Assembly (NCBI GenBank): GCA_045863335.1
Contig: BTVY01000022.1
Coordinates: 42,753-106,752, forward strand
Length of the DNA: 64,000 nucleotides
Origin: Candidatus Hydrogenedentota bacterium
GTDB lineage: Bacteria; Hydrogenedentota; Hydrogenedentia; Hydrogenedentales; SLHB01
Reading direction: 5' to 3'
A model generated the notes under the pieces. It did not search any database, was not told the DNA's origin, and saw nothing but the letters and a program-made list of their open reading frames with translations. This document shows, piece after piece, positions 38,672-48,207 of this stretch (the first letter of the stretch is position 1; each line of letters starts with the position of its first letter). The translations under genes were made by a program, and so were the position numbers.

Positions 38672-40863
38672 GAGCTAACCGCCTCCTGTTGCGGAATGAG
38701 GCCGTAATGCAGCAACCCCTCGATGATGCCTTCCGCGTAGTGGCCTTTCGCGAAGTAGACGCGCGAGCCGCCATCCTTCAACGGCTCCATTTCCTGCGAA
38801 TAGTTGCCGACCACAATCCCGGCCGTCCGTCCCCGCAGCATGTCAATGTCGTTTCCGGAATCTCCCGCCGTGGCAATGCGCTCCAACGGCACGTTCCACT
38901 TGTTTGACAGGTAGCGCACGGCCTTCCCTTTCGACGCGCGCTGCGGAAGGATATCCACGAACATGCCGTGGGAAAAGACCAGCGTGTGGGGAACCCCCGT
39001 CTTGTACAGCGCCTCATGGATCTGTGGCATCGCATCGTCGGGATGAATCGCCTGTGTGTCGAGGTCGTAGCTGATCTTGAATTCACGCTGCGTCTCTTCG
39101 TCGGACTGCATGTACAGGAAATCGAACGATTCGAGGGCCGTCTCGATGCGCGCGCGGTTCCACCGGTAGCGCAGATGACTGGCCCAGCCTTTGTCAAAGG
39201 TCCGCTCCGGCCCGTAGTAGATTTCCGCACCGACCGACGAGACGATCACGTCGACCGTGTCGATGTTGTGCGCCTCGATGACCTCCATGACCGCGCCGAG
39301 ATGCCGGCCGGAGGCGACCCCGAACGCGAGGCTATTCCGTTCGTCCTTGACGATTTCAAGCAGTCTCGCCAAGGCCGTGTCGTCGCCCAGCAAGGTGTTG
39401 TCGATGTCGGTAATCAGCACGGAACTTACCTTGGAAAGGCGGCGGCCCGGGGCTTCCTCCGTCTTTTTCGAGGCAAAGTAGCTTCTCGGAGACGAGTCGA
39501 CCACTTCCCTTACCGCTTCGAGGTAACGTTCGCAATGGCGGTCCCACGAGTAATACTTGCGAACGCGATTAATGCCATTGTTGCTGCACCGCTCCCAGAG
39601 GTCGCCGTCGGTCAGGAGCTTCTTGATGGCCGCGGCCACCGCATCGTGATCTTCCACGTCGACCAGGATTCCACTGTCGCAGTTTTCAACGATGTCCTGC
39701 GGGCCGCCGTTCTGGGTGCCGACGAAGGGCAATCCGCAGGCAGACGCTTCGATATAGGTCAACCCGAAGGGCTCGACAAATGCCGTGTTGACGAAGACGC
39801 CGCGCTTCGACGCGGCGAGCCGGTACAACTCTGGCACTTCGCGTTCCGAGTCGTGGCGCTTGGGTACGGCCATCTTGCCGTAGAGATCGAAGCGGTCCAT
39901 CAGCATCAGGATATCGGTCAGCACCTGGCTTTCGCTCTCGGGCATGTCGTTAATGTCTTTACGGATGCCTGCAAAGATCGCCAGGTTGGCCAGCCCCTGA
40001 AGTTCCTTGTCCCGCCCGTAGGCTTCGATAATCGCGCCGATGTTCTTCCGCTTGTCCGGACGGCACATGGCGAGGATCAGCGGACGATCGCGCCCGAAAT
40101 GGAAGCGGTCCAATTCCGCCTGCATGCTCATCCGCGCTTGTTTGTACACCTCGGGCACACGGTCCGGCGCGAGTTCGTAGTCGTAATACGGGAAGAACCG
40201 GTCCAGCCCCGTGCCCGGCGGAATGATCTCGAACCGCGGTTCCTTGCCGTTGTCGTAGCGCGCGTACTGCGTGTCACGTTCGTGCCGCGTACTGGTGATC
40301 ACAAAACTTGCCGAAGCGAGCGCGCGTTCTTCCATCGAGATCCGGTGCTGGATCCGGAACTCCTTTTCCATGGCATCTTCCGACCAACCCTGCGACTCCA
40401 AATACGCTTTCTTGTCCCGGCCCAACGAGTGGCCCGTGAACACGAACGGCACAGCGAAGGCTGAGGCAACCTCGTTGGCGATGTACCCGGCATCGGCATA
40501 ATGGCCGTGCACCACGGTCGGCATCTTCCCCTCGCGCCGCGTAAATGAAATCATCGCGTCCACGAAGTCGTCGAGATGGGGCCAGAGCTTCTCTTTACGC
40601 ATGTACCGTCCGCCGCCGCATGGAAGCCGAACAATGCGCGCTTTTGGGCCTAACTCCTCGATGGTCTTCTCGTAATCCGAGGACACGCGTTTGTCGCGAA
40701 TGCGCCGCGTGAACAAGTCCACTTGGTTGACGGCGTCGAGCTTGCCCAAGGTGCGAGCAAGATCGATCACGTAACGGACCTGGCCTCCCGTATCGGCATC
40801 CCGGCCCATTTCGATTTCTTCGCCACGGATAAGGCCGTGTACGCTGATGAGTTGTATGTACAT
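38668..40863 (-). CDS. spsA: Sucrose-phosphate synthase with C-terminal SPP-like HAD domain
   Basis: SVHGLIRG..EMGRDADTGGQVRYV, HGHYADAG, FTGHSLG, RPDKRKN and EPFGLT motifs; HAD domain TDIDNTL, SKGKA and AGDSGND. Confidence 0.93.
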   Translation of the reverse strand: MYIQLISVHGLIRGEEIEMGRDADTGGQVRYVIDLARTLGKLDAVNQVDLFTRRIRDKRVSSDYEKTIEELGPKARIVRLPCGGGRYMRKEKLWPHLDDFVDAMISFTRREGKMPTVVHGHYADAGYIANEVASAFAVPFVFTGHSLGRDKKAYLESQGWSEDAMEKEFRIQHRISMEERALASASFVITSTRHERDTQYARYDNGKEPRFEIIPPGTGLDRFFPYYDYELAPDRVPEVYKQARMSMQAELDRFHFGRDRPLILAMCRPDKRKNIGAIIEAYGRDKELQGLANLAIFAGIRKDINDMPESESQVLTDILMLMDRFDLYGKMAVPKRHDSEREVPELYRLAASKRGVFVNTAFVEPFGLTYIEASACGLPFVGTQNGGPQDIVENCDSGILVDVEDHDAVAAAIKKLLTDGDLWERCSNNGINRVRKYYSWDRHCERYLEAVREVVDSSPRSYFASKKTEEAPGRRLSKVSSVLITDIDNTLLGDDTALARLLEIVKDERNSLAFGVASGRHLGAVMEVIEAHNIDTVDVIVSSVGAEIYYGPERTFDKGWASHLRYRWNRARIETALESFDFLYMQSDEETQREFKISYDLDTQAIHPDDAMPQIHEALYKTGVPHTLVFSHGMFVDILPQRASKGKAVRYLSNKWNVPLERIATAGDSGNDIDMLRGRTAGIVVGNYSQEMEPLKDGGSRVYFAKGHYAEGIIEGLLHYGLIPQQEAVSS

Positions 40864-40878
40864 CGCTACTCCTAGTGC

Positions 40879-43338
40879 TTAACCCAAAGCGGCGACCGCC
40901 CGCGGGCGATACACCGTGTGGTAGAGGGTGTGGATATACTGGTCCAGGGCCTGACGATTCATCACGTCCAGGAAATCCCAAAACGTATACGTGTTCGACA
41001 ACCGCAGCACGCGCTCGGCATGGGCTCTCCAATGGAACGCGCGGTGTACACGCTCGATTCCTTCCGCGCTGAACCCGTCCCACATATCCTTCTGCGTCAC
41101 GACGCGATACAGCGCTTCCGCCATCGCCTCCAGATCGTTTGGATTGACGATCTGGCCCGACTTGTTCTGCTCGACGATTTCCGCAGGTCCGCCGAAACAC
41201 GTGACCACGACCGGCAATCCGCAAGCCATCGCTTCGATGACGGTCAGCCCGAACGTCTCCATAAACGCCGGCTGCGCGAACACCCCCCGTCGATCCGCCA
41301 CGACGCGATAGATCTCTCCGGTTTCGACCTTATCCAGACGCGCGGCGCACCACCGCAAGGACCCGTCGAGTTGGTAGTAGTCGATCAGATCGTACATGCG
41401 GCCCAACTGCTCGATTTCTTCCTGGTCTTTCGATTCATCGACGCGTGTGATGGACGACATGATGACCAGGTTCGCCGCCTCCCGAAGGGCCTCGCTCTTG
41501 CCGTAGGCTTCAATCAGGCCTGGTAGGTTCTTGACCCGATCGACGCGCGACATGGCAAACACCGGCGGCAGGTCGGGATTGTTCAAACGTCCCACGCTAC
41601 CTTCAGGCGGGTCGTGTTGAAACAGCAGCCCGTGAATCTTGTCGATCACGGTATCGATGCGGCGGTCCGCTTCGCCGAAAGGAAAGAAATGTTCTTCGCT
41701 CGCGCCCGGCGGAACGATGTTGTACCGCGCGAGACTCGGGTCCATTCCGGAAGTCACGCGGTACAGCCCCGGCATGGAAAACGTCTCATACGATTCAAAC
41801 ATCCCCATCTCGGTGTCGGTCCCGCCGATTTCGCGATACGAACTGGAGATGATGAAGTCCGCGGCGTTGTACGCGATGATGTCGGCCGTAAACTGGCACG
41901 AGAAGTGGTACTCGTGCTCCATGTCCGCCCAGTGCATGTCGCTCATGAGGTACTTCGTTTTCTCCAACGCGTGCACCGCCGCGCAATGGGTCGTATCCAG
42001 ATCGTCTGCCAGGCGATGGGCCACGAGGTTCCCATCGCTGTAATGACCCACGATGAGATCGGGAATCGCCATGAACTCCACGAGGACCGCGTCTTTCGCC
42101 TCTAACGTAAACCCTTCCAGGTACGGCCAGATGTGGAAGCGCGACACCCATTGCTGGTGCACGCTGCCGTCCGGATGGCGAAACGGCACGCGAATGATCC
42201 AGCAGTTCTCCGTGCCGGCTACGTGTTCACGAGGCTGGTCGCAGGTCGTGCCTTCCGATTCGGGAATCAATCGGGTGAGTATGGCGATATGCGGTTTCAC
42301 GTCCACGCCGCACGCGAGAAACCGGTCGTGCATCACCCGTTCCAGCGCGCGCGCCTGGTCCAGTACATACGTCACCTGGCCGCCCGTGTCCGGCTTGCCA
42401 AGAACGTTCTGCTGCGCAAACCACCCGTGCGGCGAAACCATTAGCACCGTCCGCGTCAAAGGAAGTCGCCCCAGCAGGCGCTCCAATCGCTCGGGGTCCG
42501 CCGAATCGAGCACCTCCGAAAGCGCGCCGAGACTTTCGCGGATGCCTCCGGCCGTAGCGCCCCAGCCCGGTTCGAAGCCGTCGGTGCGCATCCGGTGTGC
42601 GATCTCGGCGTAGGGGCGTTCCGGATCTTCGTCCGAAAGCCATTCGTCGACCGCCTCGATGCGTTGCTCCAACACGGCCCCCGTCGGAATCTCATCGTTC
42701 GTCAGCATCTGAATCTGGTTCAGCCGGAACTCGCGCAGGAAGTCCGCCAGAGCGTTGCGGAACCGGTCGGGATTCTGGTGCATTTTCCCCGCGAGATGCC
42801 GGTTCAGCACGGAGAGCCCGCTGCCCATGGCGGAAGCCTGACGCACCTTGGGATACTCGTGGAAGAAGGGCCGGAAGTCCAGCACCAGGCCCGACCGCGT
42901 CGCCTCTTCCCATCCCTGAATATAGGCATCCTTCACTTGAAGGAAGTAGTACCGGCTCACTTCTTCAAACACGGCCGTATCGAAGTGCAGGCGGACAATC
43001 TGTTTTGCTCCCACGCGCGGGCGCAACAGGGCGTACGCGTGCGTAGCGGTATAGAAAATCTCCTGGCAACCGCCGAACACCTTGCGCAACGCCGACTTCA
43101 ACTCGGGCTCCCGTTGCTCTTCGAGGAACGCTTCGAGGGCGCGCTGAATCCGGTCGCGCAACACGATCACGTCTTCGTGCTCGCGCAATTCCAGCAGAAA
43201 CTGCTTGGCCGCCGGCACGAACGGGGGTTCCAGGAGAACGATCCTGCGCGCGCGCGCAACGAGCGACGAAGCCCAGTCGTTCAGGCTGTCCTCGCTCGCA
43301 TGATTCGTCAACACTTCTATCGGTACAGGTTGTGCCAT
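40879..43338 (-). CDS. susA: Sucrose synthase (GT4)
   Basis: SPHGWFAQQNVLGKPDTGGQVTYVLDQARALE, WVSRFHIWPYLE, HYSDGNLVA, HALEKTKY, YHFSCQFTAD and FGLTVIEAMACGLP motifs; 819 aa. Confidence 0.93.
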   Translation of the reverse strand: MAQPVPIEVLTNHASEDSLNDWASSLVARARRIVLLEPPFVPAAKQFLLELREHEDVIVLRDRIQRALEAFLEEQREPELKSALRKVFGGCQEIFYTATHAYALLRPRVGAKQIVRLHFDTAVFEEVSRYYFLQVKDAYIQGWEEATRSGLVLDFRPFFHEYPKVRQASAMGSGLSVLNRHLAGKMHQNPDRFRNALADFLREFRLNQIQMLTNDEIPTGAVLEQRIEAVDEWLSDEDPERPYAEIAHRMRTDGFEPGWGATAGGIRESLGALSEVLDSADPERLERLLGRLPLTRTVLMVSPHGWFAQQNVLGKPDTGGQVTYVLDQARALERVMHDRFLACGVDVKPHIAILTRLIPESEGTTCDQPREHVAGTENCWIIRVPFRHPDGSVHQQWVSRFHIWPYLEGFTLEAKDAVLVEFMAIPDLIVGHYSDGNLVAHRLADDLDTTHCAAVHALEKTKYLMSDMHWADMEHEYHFSCQFTADIIAYNAADFIISSSYREIGGTDTEMGMFESYETFSMPGLYRVTSGMDPSLARYNIVPPGASEEHFFPFGEADRRIDTVIDKIHGLLFQHDPPEGSVGRLNNPDLPPVFAMSRVDRVKNLPGLIEAYGKSEALREAANLVIMSSITRVDESKDQEEIEQLGRMYDLIDYYQLDGSLRWCAARLDKVETGEIYRVVADRRGVFAQPAFMETFGLTVIEAMACGLPVVVTCFGGPAEIVEQNKSGQIVNPNDLEAMAEALYRVVTQKDMWDGFSAEGIERVHRAFHWRAHAERVLRLSNTYTFWDFLDVMNRQALDQYIHTLYHTVYRPRAVAALG

Positions 43339-43362
43339 GTAGTCAGTCCTTGGCCGCCGCTG

Positions 43363-44370
43363 TCAATTGCGCGAGCGTGCGGTCGCTTCGTCATTCGGGT
43401 AGCGCAACCCCCATTGTTCGCGAATTCGATCCAGCGTCCGCATGACGCGAAGCGTCGCATCCAGCGGCGCCCAGATACTCTCCGTCCGGCCGCGATTCAG
43501 ACACTCCACGACGTCCCGCGCTTCGTAGTGATAGCCGTACCCTTCCCGATCGAAGATGCGCTCCGACACTTCGCCCTTCGCCACGATTCGGCAGCTGTCG
43601 GGCTGTGAAAATCGGCCGGGGAAGGTGATGTAACCGTCGTCTCCCGCGATGACCGCGTCCTGCGGCGCGTCGTACAACAAGGACGAACTCAACACCGCGC
43701 GGCCGCTCGCTGGATAGTCGAAGATGATGCCGCTTGCCACGTCCACGCCCGTTTCGCCGCGCGTCCACGTCGTGGCAATCCGCTCCGGCTCGATCTCGAA
43801 CACCATATCCGCGAGCGCCACCGGGTACACGCCGATGTCCAGCAACGCGCCGCCGCCAAGTTCCTTATTGAACAACCGGCTTTCCGGTCCGAGCGTGGCC
43901 GCGTATGAGAAGTCGGCGGACACGAATCGCGGCGTGCCGATAACTCCGTCCCCCAGCGCGCCGAGACCCCACTGAATCGCGGGGAAAAACGCGGTCCACA
44001 TGGCTTCCATGAGGAAGACCCCCGCTTCGCGCGCGGCGTCCACCATGCGTTGCGCTTCGCGGGCGTTCATGGCCAGGGGTTTTTCGCACACCACCGCCTT
44101 CCCGGCGGCGATGCAGAGCAGCGTATCCGCGCAGTGGCGAACGTGCGGCGTGGCGATGTACACCACGTCAATCGCCGGGTCGTCTACCAGGGCTTCATAG
44201 CTGCCGTAATGAAAGGGAATTTGATGGGTGCCCGCAAACTGCCGGGCGCGCGGTTCCGTGCGCGAAGCGACGGCGCGTAATTCGGCTCCCTCGACCAGGC
44301 GCAAGTCTTCCGCCATCTGGCGGGCGATGTCGCCCGTCCCCAGGATTCCCCAACGGATTTTTTTGCTCAT
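43363..44370 (-). CDS. Gfo/Idh/MocA-family oxidoreductase
   Basis: IRWGILGTG.IA, VYIATPH, CEKP, MEAMWT and GGGALLDIGVY motifs. Confidence 0.92.
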   Translation of the reverse strand: MSKKIRWGILGTGDIARQMAEDLRLVEGAELRAVASRTEPRARQFAGTHQIPFHYGSYEALVDDPAIDVVYIATPHVRHCADTLLCIAAGKAVVCEKPLAMNAREAQRMVDAAREAGVFLMEAMWTAFFPAIQWGLGALGDGVIGTPRFVSADFSYAATLGPESRLFNKELGGGALLDIGVYPVALADMVFEIEPERIATTWTRGETGVDVASGIIFDYPASGRAVLSSSLLYDAPQDAVIAGDDGYITFPGRFSQPDSCRIVAKGEVSERIFDREGYGYHYEARDVVECLNRGRTESIWAPLDATLRVMRTLDRIREQWGLRYPNDEATARSRN

Positions 44371-44539
44371 GACCTGATTCTCCACCGTTGTTTCGCTTAC
44401 GGTTTCTCGCGGGGGCCATCGCCGCGCGAGAGCAGGTAATGGAGCCGGTAAAGGGGCGCACTGCTGGATGTTACGTGCGGTGGTTCGAAGCGCTCATCCC
44501 CAGCGGGGACCGCGCACGGTACCGGAATCATGAAATGGC

Positions 44540-44568
44540 AGTATAGGGGACGGCGCGGGTTGAGTCAA
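44540..44568 (-). promoter_or_regulatory. Sigma70-type promoter upstream of the oxidoreductase-sucrose cluster
   Basis: Minus strand TTGACT, 17 nt, TATACT. Confidence 0.75.
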
Positions 44569-44612
44569 AGGTAGCGACAACTGCGCGGACTGCACCTTTG
44601 TCAAGAGAAAAC

Positions 44613-44704
<92 letters not shown>

Positions 44705-44829
44705 GCAAGGCGTAACGGGTTGACGATTTGTCGTCGCGCTGTAAGGCGGGGATGGTAGCAAAATCTGCCGGGACCTGTCCACATTCCAACGGTGGCCGCG
44801 CCGGCAGTTGCCGCGCCATACGCATCACG

Positions 44830-44858
44830 TTGACTCTTCGGCGTGTGTTTGCTATAGT
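44830..44858 (+). promoter_or_regulatory. Sigma70-type promoter of rpsU
   Basis: TTGACT, 17 nt, TATAGT, with TG upstream of the -10. Confidence 0.75.
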
Positions 44859-44997
44859 TTGGCCGTAAGTCTACGCACTCCGGGCTGCCTATGACCGACA
44901 GACGATACCCGTCTGGTGCAGTACAACTATCGGCGCAGGCCCGAGAAACTCCGCCACGCCAGGAGCGTGGTGATGTATGAGGGGAGGTTGATTTTTC

Positions 44998-45180
44998 GTG
45001 ACCAAAGTGCGCGTCAAGAGCGACGAGCCGTTTGAGAAGGCTCTCCGCCGCTTCAAGAAGAAGTGCAACAAAGAAGGCCTTATGCAGCGCCTGAAGGAAA
45101 TGAAGCACTACGAGAAGCCGAGCGAACGTCGCCGCCGCAAATTGGCCAAGGCCATCGCCCGCAATACCCCTGTGGAGTGA
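44998..45180 (+). CDS. rpsU: 30S ribosomal protein S21
   Basis: KVRVKSDEPFEKALRRFKKKC...HYEKPSERRRRK; GGAGG RBS, GTG start. Confidence 0.96.
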   Translation: MTKVRVKSDEPFEKALRRFKKKCNKEGLMQRLKEMKHYEKPSERRRRKLAKAIARNTPVE

Positions 45181-45209
45181 CCTGACCCGGCCATTCGTGA
45201 TACCTTCTT

Positions 45210-45246
45210 GGGCAGGACTGTTTTCATGCAGTCCTGCCCTTTTTTG
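45210..45246 (+). terminator. Intrinsic terminator after rpsU
   Basis: gggcaggactg-ttttcatg-cagtcctgccc followed by tttttt. Confidence 0.85.
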
Positions 45247-45300
45247 TATGGATCCGGAACACGACCGCCGAGCGTTGCGTCCAAGTACGCTCGCCAGTCG

Positions 45301-45460
45301 TCAAATTCAAAATCCGAAGGACGAGATCCGAAACAAGCACGAATGACCAAAGCACGAATGACCAAGACGGGCACACGCTCGTGGCAGTTGCAGACCACAC
45401 CTTTCCGTTTTCCCCTGTTTGGAATTTGAAACCTTTGGATTTGTTTCGAATTTCGGGCTT
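45301..45460. repeat. Family D heptamer-periodic inverted pair
   Basis: Left arm tcaaattcaaaatccgaagg...aatgaccaa; right arm tttggaatttgaaacctttggatttgtttcgaatttcgggctt. Confidence 0.7.
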
Positions 45461-45486
45461 TGTAGCGAGAGGGAGAGACAAAAAGA

Positions 45487-47013
45487 ATGAGTATCGTCAT
45501 CGGCGTTGACGTCGGCACCAGCGGCACCAAAGCCGTTGCCATGGACGCGACGGGCAAACTCGTCGCCTCGGCCTTGGTGGAGTACCCCCTGTTGACGCCC
45601 AAACCCGGCTGGGCGGAGCAGGACCCCGCCGAGTGGAAGGACGCGGCCTACAAAGCCCTGACCGCGCTCGCCCACGCGCCTGGTCTCAATCCCAAAGACG
45701 TCAAAGGCATCGGGCTCACCGGCCAGATGCACGGCTCGGTCTTTCTCGACGCCAACAACAAGGTCCTTCGCAACGCCCTACTCTGGTGCGACCAGCGCAC
45801 CGCCCCGCAGTGCGACGCCATCACCGAGAAAGTAGGCGAGCAAAAGCTCATTGAAATGGTTTGCAACCCCGCCCTCACTGGATTCACCGCCCCGAAAATC
45901 CTCTGGCTGCGGGACAATGAGCCGGAGATCTACGACAAGGTCCGCAAGGTCCTGCTCCCCAAGGACTACATCCGCTATGTGCTGACCGGCGAATTCGCCA
46001 CGGACGTAGCCGACGCCTCCGGCACGCTCCTCTTCGATGTGAAGAACCGGTCCTGGCACAAGGAACTCATGTCCATCCTGGACATCTCGCCTGACTTCAT
46101 GCCGCCGTCCTTCGAAGGCACGGAAGTCACGGGCAAACTCTCCGCCGAGGCCGCCAAACTCACCGGACTGCCTGCGGGCATCCCCGTCATCGCGGGCGGC
46201 GGCGACCAGGCCGCAGGCGGCGTGGGCAACGGCATCGTCCGGCCCGGCGTGATTTCATCGACCGTCGGCACCAGCGGCGTCGTCTTCGCCTTCTCCGAGA
46301 AGATCAGCCTCGACCCGCAGGGCCGCGTGCATACCTTCTGCCATTCCGTGCCCGGCAAGTGGCACGTCATGGGCGTCGTGCTCAGCGCGGGCGGCTCCTT
46401 GCGCTGGTTTCGCGACGCGCTCTACCAGAACGAAAAAGCCGTGGCCGCCGAAACGGGCTGCGACCCTTACGAATACATCACCTCCGCCGCGGAAATCATC
46501 CCGCCCGGCGCGGAAGGCCTGACCTTCCTGCCCTACCTGACCGGCGAGCGCACGCCCCACAAAGACCCCTACGCGAAGGGCGCCTTCGTGGGCTTGTCGC
46601 TGCGGCACACCCGCGCGCACATGTCCCGCGCCGTGCTGGAAGGCGTGGCCTACTCCATGCGGGACAGCCTCGAAATCATGCACGAGATGGGCGTGCCCAT
46701 CGCGCAAGTTCGCGCATCCGGCGGCGGCGCGCGCAGTCCCCTCTGGCGCCAGATCCAGGCCGACGTGAACAAGACCCCGCTGGTCACCACCAACATCGAC
46801 GAAGGGCCTGCCTACGGCGCCGCCTTGCTCGCCACGGTCGAAACGGGTCTCTACAAATCGGTCGAAGAAGCCTGCGATGCCATCATCAAAGTCGTCGACA
46901 CCTGCGAACCCGACGCGAGCCTCGCCAAGCGCTACGACGAAGGCTTCGCCCTCTATCAGGACACCTACAAGGCCCTCGCGCCGGGATTCCGCCGTGCAGC
47001 CGCAACGCTTTGA
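45487..47013 (+). CDS. xylB: Xylulokinase (FGGY family)
   Basis: IGVDVGTSGTKA, AEQDP, GLTGQMHG, WCDQRT, GFTAPK, DASGT, LPYLTGERTPH and GGGARS motifs. Confidence 0.9.
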   Translation: MSIVIGVDVGTSGTKAVAMDATGKLVASALVEYPLLTPKPGWAEQDPAEWKDAAYKALTALAHAPGLNPKDVKGIGLTGQMHGSVFLDANNKVLRNALLWCDQRTAPQCDAITEKVGEQKLIEMVCNPALTGFTAPKILWLRDNEPEIYDKVRKVLLPKDYIRYVLTGEFATDVADASGTLLFDVKNRSWHKELMSILDISPDFMPPSFEGTEVTGKLSAEAAKLTGLPAGIPVIAGGGDQAAGGVGNGIVRPGVISSTVGTSGVVFAFSEKISLDPQGRVHTFCHSVPGKWHVMGVVLSAGGSLRWFRDALYQNEKAVAAETGCDPYEYITSAAEIIPPGAEGLTFLPYLTGERTPHKDPYAKGAFVGLSLRHTRAHMSRAVLEGVAYSMRDSLEIMHEMGVPIAQVRASGGGARSPLWRQIQADVNKTPLVTTNIDEGPAYGAALLATVETGLYKSVEEACDAIIKVVDTCEPDASLAKRYDEGFALYQDTYKALAPGFRRAAATL

Positions 47014-47956
47014 AGAAACCGTCGACGAAGAACACGAAGGCCTCCGGCTCGACGTCTACCTCGCCGCGTGCATCGAAGACGCCTCGCGCTCGTATCTGAA
47101 GAAGCTGATCAAGGACAAGCGCGTCGTCGTCAACGGCGAAGTCTGCACGCGCCCCAGCCAGACCATGCACGAGGGCTACACCGTCACCGCCGAGTTGCCC
47201 CCGCCCCCATCCATCGAACTCGTGCCCCAGGACATCCCCCTCGACATCCTCTTCGAAGACGAATACGTGCTCGTCATCAACAAACCCTCCGGGCTCGTCG
47301 TCCATCCCGCGCCCGGCCATCCCGACGGCACCCTCGTCAACGCCGTGTTGCACCATTGCCGCGATTTCGACCGCCCCGGCGAAGACCCCCAACGTCCCGG
47401 CATCGTCCACCGCCTCGACCAGTACACCTCCGGCGTCATGGTCGTCGCCAAATCCCCCCGCGCCTTCCTCAGCCTGTCCGAACAGGCCCGCGAACACACC
47501 TTCGACCGGCGCTACCTCGCCCTCGTCCAGGGCCAGTTCAAAGAAGACCGCGGCCGCATCAACGCCACCGTCGGCCGCAGCACCCAGGACCGCAAACGCA
47601 TGACCGTCACCGGCGTCCGCGGCAAAGACGCCGTGACCAATTTCACCGCCCTCGAACGCTTCGGCATCGCCTCCCTCGTCGCCCTCGAACTCGAGACCGG
47701 CCGCACCCACCAGATCCGCGTCCACCTCCGCTTCGCCGGCCACCCCGTCCTCGGCGATCCCATCTACGGCGTCACCGACTTCAAGAAATGGCCCATCCCC
47801 GTAGACCTCCGCCTCATCCTCGAAGCCCTGGACGGCCAAGCCCTCCACGCCGAACATTTGGGGTTCGAGCACCCCGGCACGGGAGAACGCATGCAGTTCA
47901 CGGCCCCCCCGCCCGACGATTTCACCGCCGCGCTGGAAGCGCTGCGGGGTATCTGA
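46994..47956 (+). CDS. rluD: RluD-type 23S rRNA pseudouridine synthase
   Basis: S4 domain (RLDVYLA), INKPSGLVVHPAPGH, RPGIVHRLD, LETGRTHQIRVH and QALHA..LGF.HP motifs. GTG start at 46994 inferred. Confidence 0.92.
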   Translation: MQPQRFEETVDEEHEGLRLDVYLAACIEDASRSYLKKLIKDKRVVVNGEVCTRPSQTMHEGYTVTAELPPPPSIELVPQDIPLDILFEDEYVLVINKPSGLVVHPAPGHPDGTLVNAVLHHCRDFDRPGEDPQRPGIVHRLDQYTSGVMVVAKSPRAFLSLSEQAREHTFDRRYLALVQGQFKEDRGRINATVGRSTQDRKRMTVTGVRGKDAVTNFTALERFGIASLVALELETGRTHQIRVHLRFAGHPVLGDPIYGVTDFKKWPIPVDLRLILEALDGQALHAEHLGFEHPGTGERMQFTAPPPDDFTAALEALRGI

Positions 47957-47994
47957 TCGGTGCTACTATGGTGGCGGGTATTGGAGAGCGAACG

Positions 47995-48186
47995 ATGACA
48001 GAAGAGATCGACAAGCTTGACGAGTTGACGGAAACGGAAGCCCTCCTAAAGATTTTGGAACTCGGCAAGCGCCAGGTCGCAGAGGGCAAGGTGCATCCCG
48101 CCGAAGAGGTCTTTGAGCGGTTGCGCAAGAAATACGGATTCAGCGACGGCCGCCGCAACCGAAGTGATCAAGCCAAGTTGCGGTGA
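47995..48186 (+). CDS. Small protein resembling the C-terminal half of a Phd/YefM-type antitoxin
   Basis: MTEEIDKLDELTETEALLKILELGKRQVAEGKVHPAEEVFERLRKK...; GGAGAG RBS. No toxin follows. Confidence 0.5.
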   Translation: MTEEIDKLDELTETEALLKILELGKRQVAEGKVHPAEEVFERLRKKYGFSDGRRNRSDQAKLR

Positions 48187-48207
48187 TGCCGCGGAGGTCT
48201 TGGCGCC

